From contig JAICJI010000007.1 of assembly GCA_025928515.1 (NCBI GenBank), positions 1,335-65,334 of the forward strand: a stretch of DNA of 64,000 bases, read 5' to 3'. The notes beneath the pieces are model-generated. The model ran no database searches. It was not told the origin of the DNA and saw only the letters and a list, made by a program, of their open reading frames with translations. The translations under genes and the position numbers were made by a program. This document shows positions 19,724 through 26,656 of the stretch, piece after piece (within the stretch, counting starts at the first letter, position 1; every line of letters begins with the position of its first letter). This DNA comes from Thermoleophilia bacterium. Lineage in GTDB: Bacteria > Actinomycetota > Thermoleophilia > Gaiellales > Gaiellaceae.

Positions 19724-20182
19724 ATGGCCGACCCGACCGTGCTCGAGGTCTACCGCCGCGAGGTGACGCCCGAGCTGTATCGCGACGTGCGGGAGCTCTA
19801 CAAGAAGCACTCGCTCGCAGAGGACGCGCGCGACCTCGCGGGCCTGATCTCGACGCTGACACCGGACTGCGTCTACGAACTCGTCCAGACCGGGCACCGC
19901 TGGGAGGGCCACGAGGGCGCGACTCGCTTCTACACCGAGCTCCTGACCGCGTTCCCGGACATCCGGTTCGACCTGACCGACATCGTGATCGGCCCGCAGG
20001 GAGTCTGCGAGGAGGCGAACGTCACGGCAACGCAGCAGGCGCCGTGGCTCGGCGTCCCGCCGGCGGAGGGACGGCTCGAGTGGAAGGTCGTGATCTGGTT
20101 CCCGTGGGATCCGGAGCTGGGGCTCTTCCGCGGCGAGAAGGTCTATTCGACCGGGATCGACCTGCCGCCGGCGACCGGCTAG
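19724..20182 (+). CDS. SnoaL/NTF2-like (ester cyclase-like) protein
   Basis: 152 aa with the ...FYTELLTAFPDIRFDLTDIV... pattern of SnoaL-like domains. Its stop overlaps the convergent LysM gene stop (CTAG). Confidence 0.55.
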   Translation: MADPTVLEVYRREVTPELYRDVRELYKKHSLAEDARDLAGLISTLTPDCVYELVQTGHRWEGHEGATRFYTELLTAFPDIRFDLTDIVIGPQGVCEEANVTATQQAPWLGVPPAEGRLEWKVVIWFPWDPELGLFRGEKVYSTGIDLPPATG

Positions 20183-20418
20183 GGCAGAACGAGCTTCTCG
20201 CCGGGGACGATCGTCGCGGAAGCGAGGCGGTTCCGCTGCTGGAGCTTCCACACGCCCTCGCGCGGATCGCCGGCATACGTGCGCTCGGCCACCGCCCAGA
20301 GCGTGTCGCCCGGCTTCACGACGTAGGTCTGCCTCGGCCCTGCGCCGTTGGAGCCTCGGGCGGCGAGGCCCACCGCGAGGGCCGCAACGCAGAGCAAGAT
20401 GAGGAACCTACCGAACAT
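20179..20418 (-). CDS. small membrane-anchored LysM-domain protein (SOS-box controlled)
   Basis: 79 aa. The N-terminal TM helix is FLILLCVAALAVGLAA and the LysM domain is YVVKPGDTLWAVAERTY...NRLASATIVPGEKLVLP. Confidence 0.75.
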   Translation of the reverse strand: MFGRFLILLCVAALAVGLAARGSNGAGPRQTYVVKPGDTLWAVAERTYAGDPREGVWKLQQRNRLASATIVPGEKLVLP

Positions 20419-20425
20419 CTGTTCG
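20412..20425. promoter_or_regulatory. LexA (Cheo/SOS) box 1, overlapping the LysM gene start codon
   Basis: CGAACATCTGTTCG is a perfect CGAAC-N4-GTTCG palindrome. The ATG (20418-20416) lies inside it. Confidence 0.75.
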
Positions 20426-20426
20426 C

Positions 20427-20456
20427 ATGATAAGCGAACGTCTGTTCGGTTGTCAA
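20427..20456 (-). promoter_or_regulatory. sigma-70-type promoter of the LysM gene (probably leaderless mRNA)
   Basis: On the minus strand: TTGACA (20456-20451), an 18-nt spacer containing box 2, then TATCAT (20432-20427), with only 8 nt to the ATG. Confidence 0.5.
20435..20448. promoter_or_regulatory. LexA (Cheo/SOS) box 2, in the promoter spacer
   Basis: CGAACGTCTGTTCG is a perfect palindrome, with its centre 23 nt from box 1. Confidence 0.75.
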
Positions 20457-20486
20457 GAGGGCAACTATCCCTTCAAGGGAGAGAGG
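20452..20486. repeat. left 8-bp target-site duplication (gtcaagag) plus 27-bp terminal inverted repeat
   Basis: The TSD is 20452-20459 and IR-L is 20460-20486 (ggcaactatcccttcaagggagagagg). The reverse complement of 21158-21184 matches IR-L at 25 of 27 positions. Confidence 0.85.
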
Positions 20487-20488
20487 CG

Positions 20489-20516
20489 ACCCGCCTCTGA
20501 CGCCGTTGCGGCGGGT
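20489..20516 (-). terminator. stem-loop after the element-borne 99-aa ORF
   Basis: ACCCGCC pairs with GGCGGGT in a 7-bp stem with a 14-nt loop. It begins 9 nt after the stop at 20525. Confidence 0.3.
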
Positions 20517-20524
20517 GACGGCTG

Positions 20525-20824
20525 CTAGGCGCCAGGTAGCAGTGGCTGGAGGAGCTTGTCTGGCTTCGGGGCGAATTCGCCGAGAACACGAGCGATGTTC
20601 CTGGCGGTCTGCTCCCACCATTCGTTGAACCAGAAGCGCTCCTCAATATCTGGTTTGACGGTGAGGTCCGCCTCCACGTTCAAACGCCAGATGTGCTGCA
20701 AGCACGTCTCATGGTCCGGGAACTCGCGGAAGAACTCCAGGACGTTGCAAGTCGATTCGGAAGAGGCGACGCGGATAGGGTTCCGGCGGTCAACGGGGGG
20801 GCATCTGACGCTCCTTGTTGGCAA
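20525..20824 (-). CDS. hypothetical protein inside the IS-like element (possible transposase N-terminal remnant)
   Basis: 99 aa. LEFFREFPDHETCLQHIWRL resembles, from memory, the start of the IS1595-type transposase zinc-ribbon domain (FPdEeaC..yl..RWP). The Cys ribbon and DDE domain are absent. Confidence 0.35.
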   Translation of the reverse strand: MPTRSVRCPPVDRRNPIRVASSESTCNVLEFFREFPDHETCLQHIWRLNVEADLTVKPDIEERFWFNEWWEQTARNIARVLGEFAPKPDKLLQPLLPGA

Positions 20825-20923
20825 GAGCGCGCGTCGGGCTGCTACCTGGCGCGCGTTCGCGTTATCTAAGCCAAATCTTGGGGTCAGACCGGACGGACAA
20901 GACCCGCCAACTAGGCCCGATTG

Positions 20924-21136
20924 TCACTCGTCACGCTCGCGCTCGCGGCGGCGAAGCTCTCCACCGAACACGTACATCAACCGAAGCACTCCGACCAGGA
21001 CAAACACCACGCCAGCCACGATTTCCAAGATGAACCGCGTCGATCCGCTCGCGCCGAACTCCGCGGAAATCACGATCACGGCGAGCAGAAAAGCCCACCA
21101 CCACAGGTACGGCTTCACAAGGAGCATGTGGCTCAT
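20924..21136 (-). CDS. small two-TM membrane protein inside the IS-like element
   Basis: 70 aa with hydrophobic segments YLWWWAFLLAVIVISAEF and ILEIVAGVVFVLVGVL and a charged tail RRRERERDE. Confidence 0.4.
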   Translation of the reverse strand: MSHMLLVKPYLWWWAFLLAVIVISAEFGASGSTRFILEIVAGVVFVLVGVLRLMYVFGGELRRRERERDE

Positions 21137-21157
21137 TTTCAGCGCCCAACACCAGAT

Positions 21158-21192
21158 CCCCTCTCCCTCGAAGGGATAGTTGCCGTCAAGAG
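21158..21192. repeat. right 27-bp terminal inverted repeat plus 8-bp target-site duplication
   Basis: IR-R is 21158-21184 and the TSD gtcaagag is 21185-21192. This TSD contains the TGA stop (21188-21186) of the phosphoesterase gene. Confidence 0.85.
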
Positions 21193-21674
21193 AAGTGGAT
21201 CAACTCGGGCGCGATCGCGTCGCCCACGATCTCGAGCACGAGCATCGTGTGGGAAGGCGCGCGCCGCCGTTCGGTCGGCGAGCCAGGGTTGAGGATCCAG
21301 GTCTCCCCCACACGCGCGACCTGCGGCTGGTGCGTGTGGCCGTAGACGACGGCCGCGCAGCCGGGAAATCGCGCCGCCAGCCGGCTCTCCCGCCCAGGCC
21401 GTGGGCCGGGGTCGTGCGTCATCCCGATGCGAAGCCCGCCCGCGTCGACCACGAGCGTCTCGGGCAGCCTCTCGCACAACGCCAGGTCGTCCACGTTCCC
21501 GTGCACGGCGCGCAGGGGCGGCCCGTGTGCGGTCAGCTCCTCGAACACCTCCTCGGCGACGATGTCACCGGCGTGGAGGATGAGGTCGGCCGCGCGGAGC
21601 CGCTCCACGCAGGCATCCGGCAGGCGCCGCGCGCCGCGCGGCATGTGCGTATCCGAGATGACGGCGACGAGCAT
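21186..21674 (-). CDS. YfcE/MJ0936-type metallophosphoesterase
   Basis: This is the last 162 codons of track ORF 21186..22466: MLVAVISDTHMP...LILHAGDI...VHGNVD...VYGHTHQP. ATG 21674 lies 2 nt after the upstream stop. Confidence 0.8.
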   Translation of the reverse strand: MLVAVISDTHMPRGARRLPDACVERLRAADLILHAGDIVAEEVFEELTAHGPPLRAVHGNVDDLALCERLPETLVVDAGGLRIGMTHDPGPRPGRESRLAARFPGCAAVVYGHTHQPQVARVGETWILNPGSPTERRRAPSHTMLVLEIVGDAIAPELIHFS

Positions 21675-21676
21675 CG

Positions 21677-22705
21677 TCAGGGCGCGGCGGCAAGCACGGC
21701 GTCGACGAGCTTCGAGGCACCGAAGCGGACCGGGTCGTCCGCAGGGAGCCCGGTCTCGGCCGCAGCGCGTGCGATCGCTGTGCGCGCTTCGGCCTCCCCG
21801 AGCACCGAGGTGTTGAGCGCGACGGCGGCGACCCGCGCAGGCCGCACGGGCAACGCGAGCCGCTCGTGCAACTCGACCAGATCGGGCAGGGGCGGAATCG
21901 GGTGCGGCCCGCCGCCGGCGCCTTCGATCTCCGTGCGGCCGCACTCGTGACAGAGCACGAGCAGGTGCGGGGCGCTCCCGTGGTAGAGGCCAAGCGTGAC
22001 GCCCGAATAGACCGGATGCAGGAGCGAGCCCTGGCCCTCGACCCAGAGCAGCTCGCCGCCGCGGCTGCGACCCTCGACGACGAGCCGTTCCGCAGCGCCT
22101 GCGATGAAGTCCGCTACGACGGCGTCGACCGCGATTCCCCAACCGGCGATCGCCATGCCGGTCTGTCCGGTCGGGACGAAGACCGAGCGCAGCCCGCGCC
22201 GCCGCGCTTCGAGGTCGAGCTCGAGGGAGACGGTCATCTTCCCGATCGCGCAGTCGGAGCCGACGGTGAGCACGATCGTCGCGTCGACCGCGAGATTCTC
22301 GCCGGTCGCGGTCGAGAGCTCGGCCGGCGGGCGGCGCAGGTCGCGCAGCTCGACCCCCCGGCGCTCCGCCAGCTCCAGCAGCTCCGCGGCGTCGGCGAGA
22401 AAGACGTGGAGGCCGTTCTCGACGTCGAGCCCATGCTCGACGCAGGCGCGGAGGATCGCGATCCACTCGGGCGGGAAGCGGCCGCCCTGCGTCGCAACGC
22501 CAACGAGCGCCGTGTTCGGGCCGAGCGGCAGTGCCTCCTCGACGCTCGACACCACCGGGGCACCGTCCTCCGTCTCCCCCGCGCGCGTGGAGTCGAGGAT
22601 CGCGACTACGTCATCCCGCCGGTAGCGGAGCACGCCGCGCATCGTCTTCCCGTAGTGCGGGTCGCCCGAGAAGCCTTCAGCGAGCAGTAAGTACCTGGTG
22701 GACAC
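21677..22705 (-). CDS. DUF1611-family protein (DgcN-type N-acetyltransferase-like)
   Basis: Contains YLLLAEGFSGDPHYGKTMRGVLRY..., a P-loop-like TVGSDCAIGKMT, and EGQGSLLHPVYSGVTLGL. The start is taken at GTG 22705. Confidence 0.7.
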   Translation of the reverse strand: MSTRYLLLAEGFSGDPHYGKTMRGVLRYRRDDVVAILDSTRAGETEDGAPVVSSVEEALPLGPNTALVGVATQGGRFPPEWIAILRACVEHGLDVENGLHVFLADAAELLELAERRGVELRDLRRPPAELSTATGENLAVDATIVLTVGSDCAIGKMTVSLELDLEARRRGLRSVFVPTGQTGMAIAGWGIAVDAVVADFIAGAAERLVVEGRSRGGELLWVEGQGSLLHPVYSGVTLGLYHGSAPHLLVLCHECGRTEIEGAGGGPHPIPPLPDLVELHERLALPVRPARVAAVALNTSVLGEAEARTAIARAAAETGLPADDPVRFGASKLVDAVLAAAP

Positions 22706-23696
22706 CGAGGCCCGGCTCCTCCGGTGGAAGCTGCACGCCGTCGACGAACGGCACGCCCGGCCACGGGTCGCGCGCGAGCAGCAGGTTGCCGTCGAGGTCG
22801 ACATGGTCGAAGAGGGACGCGACCTGCGCGCCGGCCGAGATGCCGAGCCCCGACTCGACCATGCAGCCGAGCATGCACCCGAGCCCGAGCGCGCGAGCGG
22901 CGTGCACCATCTGCACGGCCTCGTGGATCCCGCCCGACTTCGCGAGCTTGACGTTGATTCCGTGCGCGCGCTCCGCGCAGGCCGCGACGTCGCCGAGCGT
23001 GTGGCAGTCCTCGTCGACGAAGATCGGAAGCGGCGATCGCTCTTTCAGCTCCGGCCCGCCCACGTCGCCGGCAGGCAACGGCTGCTCGCAGTACTCGACC
23101 CCGAGCTCGGCGAGCTGCGGCAGCGCCTCGAGCGCTTCCTCCAGGCTCCACGCCTCGTTCACGTCGACCTGCAGCGGCACGTCGCCGACGACGCCGCGGA
23201 CCGCTCGGACGCGGTCGACGTCGCGCCCGTCCCGGCCGCCGAGCTTGAGCTTGAGCCGACGAAATCGCCCGAGCGCCTTCTCGGCACGGCGGGCCATGTC
23301 GTCGGGATCGCCGAGCCAGATCGTCCAGCTCGTGGGCGGGCCGGCGCGGCGGAGCCCGAGCAGGCGCCAGACCGGCTGGCCGAGCAGCTTGCCCTGCAGG
23401 TCGTGGAGCGCGGCGTCGAGCGCGGCTCGGGCGGCGAACTCGCGGCCAGGAAGCCGCTTCATCACCTCCTCGAGCGCGAACGGGTCGTTGCCCAGCAGCT
23501 CGGCGCTCTCCTCGACGTACGCCCGGGCCGACTCCGCCGACTCGTCGTAACGGTCGACCGGCTGCGCCTCGCCGAAGCCCGAGACGCCGGAGTGCCGCAG
23601 CTCGACGACGACGACGTCCTCGGTGTCGCGCGCGCTGCGGGAGATGACGAACGTCTCCGCGAGCTCGAGCGTGACGATCCGCGCGGAAACCTCCAC
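22677..23696 (-). CDS. enolase-superfamily dipeptide epimerase / N-acyl-amino-acid racemase-like
   Basis: MR/MLE architecture with KLKLGG, metal ligands in VDVNEAW / EQPL / VDEDC, and VKLAKSGG. Confidence 0.85.
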   Translation of the reverse strand: MEVSARIVTLELAETFVISRSARDTEDVVVVELRHSGVSGFGEAQPVDRYDESAESARAYVEESAELLGNDPFALEEVMKRLPGREFAARAALDAALHDLQGKLLGQPVWRLLGLRRAGPPTSWTIWLGDPDDMARRAEKALGRFRRLKLKLGGRDGRDVDRVRAVRGVVGDVPLQVDVNEAWSLEEALEALPQLAELGVEYCEQPLPAGDVGGPELKERSPLPIFVDEDCHTLGDVAACAERAHGINVKLAKSGGIHEAVQMVHAARALGLGCMLGCMVESGLGISAGAQVASLFDHVDLDGNLLLARDPWPGVPFVDGVQLPPEEPGLGVHQVLTAR

Positions 23697-23724
23697 GAAG
23701 AGCCAGGCTACACTGGCTCATCCC

Positions 23725-23797
23725 AGCGCCAGTAGCTCAGGGGATAGAGCGCGCGCCTCCGGAGCGCGAGGTCGCAGGTTCGATTCCTGCCTGGCGC
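23725..23797 (+). tRNA. tRNA-Arg (anticodon CCG)
   Basis: Hand-folded cloverleaf, 73 nt. The acceptor stem is GCGCCAG/CTGGCGC, the D-arm GCTC-AGGGGATA-GAGC, the anticodon stem CGCGC/GCGCG with loop CTCCGGA, and the T-arm GCAGG-TTCGATT-CCTGC. The discriminator is A and no CCA is encoded. Confidence 0.93.
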
Positions 23798-24350
23798 ATT
23801 ACGGGACGCATGGGCAAGCGGGTTTAGCTCAACCATGCGACCCGGGTGTGCCGCGAGGGTCCTGAAATCGCGGATGGTGCGTACACCGGTGTGCACACCG
23901 GGTCTAGGCCGCTTCGATCTGCAACAACCCGCGGTGCTCGATGCCTAGGACGTAGAACCGAGGCGGTCGATCACGTACACGGCAACCTCCACCAACAGGA
24001 GGAGGCTCAGACCCATCAGCGCGAGCGTTGAGAGCGCCCAGACCATCAGAGCAGCGTCCCCTGTGCGCTGGTTGTGGTTATCGCAAAGTGCATGACGAGC
24101 AAACGGGACTCAGCCGGCGGAGGGTACGGCCGCTGACTGTATTCCGGCACACGCGACGGATGGACGAGGCGGTCACCTATTGCGTGGGTAGCTGCGGACG
24201 ACCAATCCTGGACCGCGCAGCGCCCGACATTCGGCCCGTGGAGCGCAGCGTCGACTTCGAGACATTCGGCTGAACAGTCTCTTAAATCCGGCGGCTTCCC
24301 GAGACCCGCCCGTCTAGGTTCCAGCACATCGTCTCGCGAAGGGGGCCAAC

Positions 24351-25100
24351 ATGAGGTTCGCACGCCTGGGCCTGGGCGTTCTGTTCATGAGCCTGATCGC
24401 CGTGTCCGCCAGTTTCGGCTCGTCGGGGACTCGTGCGGTGCTCAAGCACGTTCCGCCCGCGCGCCTGCTCAGCAACGCGACGTCGCTCAACTGGTCCGGC
24501 TACGCCGCGATCAATTCCACGTTCAGCGATGTCACGGGCAGCTGGACACAGCCGGCCGCGACCTGCAACGGCAAGTCGACGTACTCCTCGTTCTGGCTCG
24601 GCCTCGACGGCTTCAGCTCGAGCACGGTCGAGCAGTTGGGCACCGAGGCCGACTGCTCCAAGGGCAAGCCCGTCTATTACGCCTGGTGGGAGATATTTCC
24701 CGACCCGTCGCGCATGATCAGCCGCTTCGTAGTCACGCCCGGCGTCACCTACACCGCCGAGGTCAAGGAAGACGCCGGGGACCTGACGCTCACGCTCTCC
24801 GGCGGCGGGAACCAGCCTTTCAGCCTCGGCACGGGCCAGGGATCCGCATCGCTCAGCTCCGCCGAGTGGATCGCCGAAGCGCCGTCCATGTGCACGAAGA
24901 GCGGCTGCCGCGAGCTTGCGCTCACCAACTTCGGCACGGTGAACTTCAGCGGCGCGTCCGCGAACGGAGACGCGATCGACGACCCCGCGTGGAACTTCGA
25001 CCCGCTGACGATGGTCACCGGCAACGGAACGGTGAAAGCGGAACCGAGCAGTCTTAACCCAACGGGTTCCGCCTTCTCGGTCACCTGGCACCACAGCTAG
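24351..25100 (+). CDS. secreted glutamic peptidase, family G1 (eqolisin / peptidase A4)
   Basis: Signal peptide MRFARLGLGVLFMSLIAVSASF. Family motifs are SLNWSGYA, FWLGLDG, VEQLGTE (catalytic Gln context), YYAWWEIFP, AEWIAEAP (catalytic Glu context) and NFGTVNF. Confidence 0.85.
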   Translation: MRFARLGLGVLFMSLIAVSASFGSSGTRAVLKHVPPARLLSNATSLNWSGYAAINSTFSDVTGSWTQPAATCNGKSTYSSFWLGLDGFSSSTVEQLGTEADCSKGKPVYYAWWEIFPDPSRMISRFVVTPGVTYTAEVKEDAGDLTLTLSGGGNQPFSLGTGQGSASLSSAEWIAEAPSMCTKSGCRELALTNFGTVNFSGASANGDAIDDPAWNFDPLTMVTGNGTVKAEPSSLNPTGSAFSVTWHHS

Positions 25101-25107
25101 CGGCGCG

Positions 25108-25135
25108 GCAGTTCCGCCCTCCGGGGCGGAACTGC
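25108..25135 (+). terminator. strong stem-loop after the peptidase gene
   Basis: GCAGTTCCGCCC-TCCG-GGGCGGAACTGC forms a perfect 12-bp stem with a 4-nt loop, 8 nt after the TAG stop. There is no T-tract. Confidence 0.6.
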
Positions 25136-25341
25136 GGGGTCGTCCTCCACACTGGTGCCCTTGAGTCAGGAAAGGCACGTCCCCGGTTCGTACTCGCCCC
25201 CTTGAGCACCGGGCGTTAATGGCTAGTCAACGTGCCATCGCCGCAGCAGGTTCCTGACCCTGCTCGCTACATAGGCGACAAGCCGCACATGACCCTCCCC
25301 TGGACGGCCGGGAACGTCCACGACCTAAGTAGGTTCAGGCG

Positions 25342-26613
25342 ATGCGCCCGCTCGCGGCCTACCTCCGCTCGCTCGACCCGCGCCTGCCGCGCGACGTCTA
25401 CGTGCTCGAGCTCGGGGCGCTCGTCAACGCATTCGGGAACGGCGTCGTCCTGCCGTTTCTCCTCATCTACCTGCACAACGTGCGCGGGATCCCGTTCGGG
25501 CTCGCCGGGAGCGCGGCGGCGGTGCAGTCGGCCGCGGCGCTCGCGAGCGGCTTCCTCGGCGGGACGCTCTCGGATCGGCTCGGGCCGAAGCGCGTGTTGC
25601 TCGCCTCGCTCGTCGTGATGACGGTCGCGTTCGCGCTCATGCCGACGATCCGGACGGCGTGGCAGACGTTCGCGATCTACACGCTCTGGGGCGTCGGCAG
25701 CGGCTCGTTCTGGCCGTCGCAGTCGGCCCTCCTCGCCGCGATGACCCCGGCGGCGCGGCGCGCGCCCGCCTACGCGCTGCAGCGGCTCTCGATGAACGTG
25801 GGCGTTGCGCTCGGGGGCGTCGTGGCCGGGTTGATCGCCTCGGTCGGCGATCCGGGCTCGTTCACCATCCTGTTCGGGATCGACTGCGCGACGTTCGTCG
25901 GCTACATGCTCGTGCTCGCGCGTGTCCGCGCGCCCGCCCTGCACGAGGGACGGCTCGGCGGCAGCTGGCGCGCCGTCCTGCGCGACCGCGTCTTCACGGT
26001 CTACACACTGCTCAACGCCGCGTTCATGACGGCTGCGATCTCGCTCGTCGTCGAGCTGCTGCCCGCGTTCGGCAAGAACGTCGCCGGAATCAGCGAGAAG
26101 GAGGTCGGCATCGTGTTCGCGCTCGACGCCGTCGGCGTGGTCATCTTCCAGCTTCCCGTCGTGAAGCTCTCGGAAGGCCGGCGGCGCATGCACGGCTTCG
26201 CCCTGATGGGAGCGCTGTGGGCGGCGACGCTCCTCGCAGTGTGGGCCGCCGGCTCGTGGACGAGCGCCACCGCGGCCTTCGCGATCCTCGCCGGCGTCAT
26301 GCTCGTCTTCGCCGTCGGGGAGTGCCTGCACGGAGCGATACACACACCGCTAAGCGTCGACCTCGCACCGCCGCAGCTCGTCGGGCGCTACACGGCGGCC
26401 GCGAGCATCTCGTGGCAGATGGGCTGGATCGTCGGCCCCGCTGCCGGCGGCTTCCTCCTCCAGCACCGGCCGCTCCTGCTCTGGCCGATCGCGGCGGGGA
26501 TCAACCTCGCCGCCGCCGCCGGCGCACTCGCGCTCGAGGCCCACCTGCCGGAGAGCGTGCGTCGCACACCGCGCGGGGAGCCGGCGGTGTTGCCAATTCC
26601 GGCCAACGGGTAG
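25342..26613 (+). CDS. MFS transporter
   Basis: 423 aa with about 12 hydrophobic helices and an MFS loop motif GGTLSDRLGPKR. Confidence 0.85.
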   Translation: MRPLAAYLRSLDPRLPRDVYVLELGALVNAFGNGVVLPFLLIYLHNVRGIPFGLAGSAAAVQSAAALASGFLGGTLSDRLGPKRVLLASLVVMTVAFALMPTIRTAWQTFAIYTLWGVGSGSFWPSQSALLAAMTPAARRAPAYALQRLSMNVGVALGGVVAGLIASVGDPGSFTILFGIDCATFVGYMLVLARVRAPALHEGRLGGSWRAVLRDRVFTVYTLLNAAFMTAAISLVVELLPAFGKNVAGISEKEVGIVFALDAVGVVIFQLPVVKLSEGRRRMHGFALMGALWAATLLAVWAAGSWTSATAAFAILAGVMLVFAVGECLHGAIHTPLSVDLAPPQLVGRYTAAASISWQMGWIVGPAAGGFLLQHRPLLLWPIAAGINLAAAAGALALEAHLPESVRRTPRGEPAVLPIPANG

Positions 26614-26656
26614 GATTCCCGCGCCATGCCAGCGACCGTCGACCCCCTCAGTACCT

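Larger units (their letters stand above)
20460..21184. mobile_element. 725-bp non-autonomous IS-like element (no transposase; possibly an IS1595-family derivative)
   Basis: It is bounded by 27-bp inverted repeats and flanked by the direct repeat gtcaagag. The interior is visibly less GC-rich than the flanks. It carries two small minus-strand ORFs and an internal hairpin. Confidence 0.7.

Noticed and set aside
21675-22466. The N-terminal 264-aa extension of track ORF 21186..22466.
   Set aside because: The extension is extremely Arg-rich and overlaps the well-supported DUF1611 gene in another frame. The phosphoesterase begins with the canonical MLVAVISDTH at 21674, right after the upstream stop.
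23805-23900. A possible second tRNA or tRNA pseudogene after tRNA-Arg (gggtttagctcaacc resembles an acceptor/D-arm).
   Set aside because: It could not be folded. The D-stem partner, anticodon stem and T-arm are all missing. At best it is a decayed fragment.
24046-24363. A 105-aa minus-strand ORF in the tRNA/peptidase spacer.
   Set aside because: Its start overlaps the peptidase start region and its sequence is not protein-like. No RBS or motif is evident.
25165-25225. An HspR HAIR-like element (CTTGAGT ... ACTC ... CTTGAGC) upstream of the MFS gene.
   Set aside because: The spacing and the second half-site do not fit CTTGAGT-N7-ACTCAAG. There is also no chaperone gene nearby.
23900-25230. 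An att-like direct repeat of the tRNA-Arg 3' end that would delimit an integrated island (cttcgatctgc at ~23911, ggttcgtactcgcc at ~25186).
   Set aside because: Matches to ggttcgattcctgcc are only 8-10 scattered bases. No integrase is present, so there is not enough evidence to call island borders.
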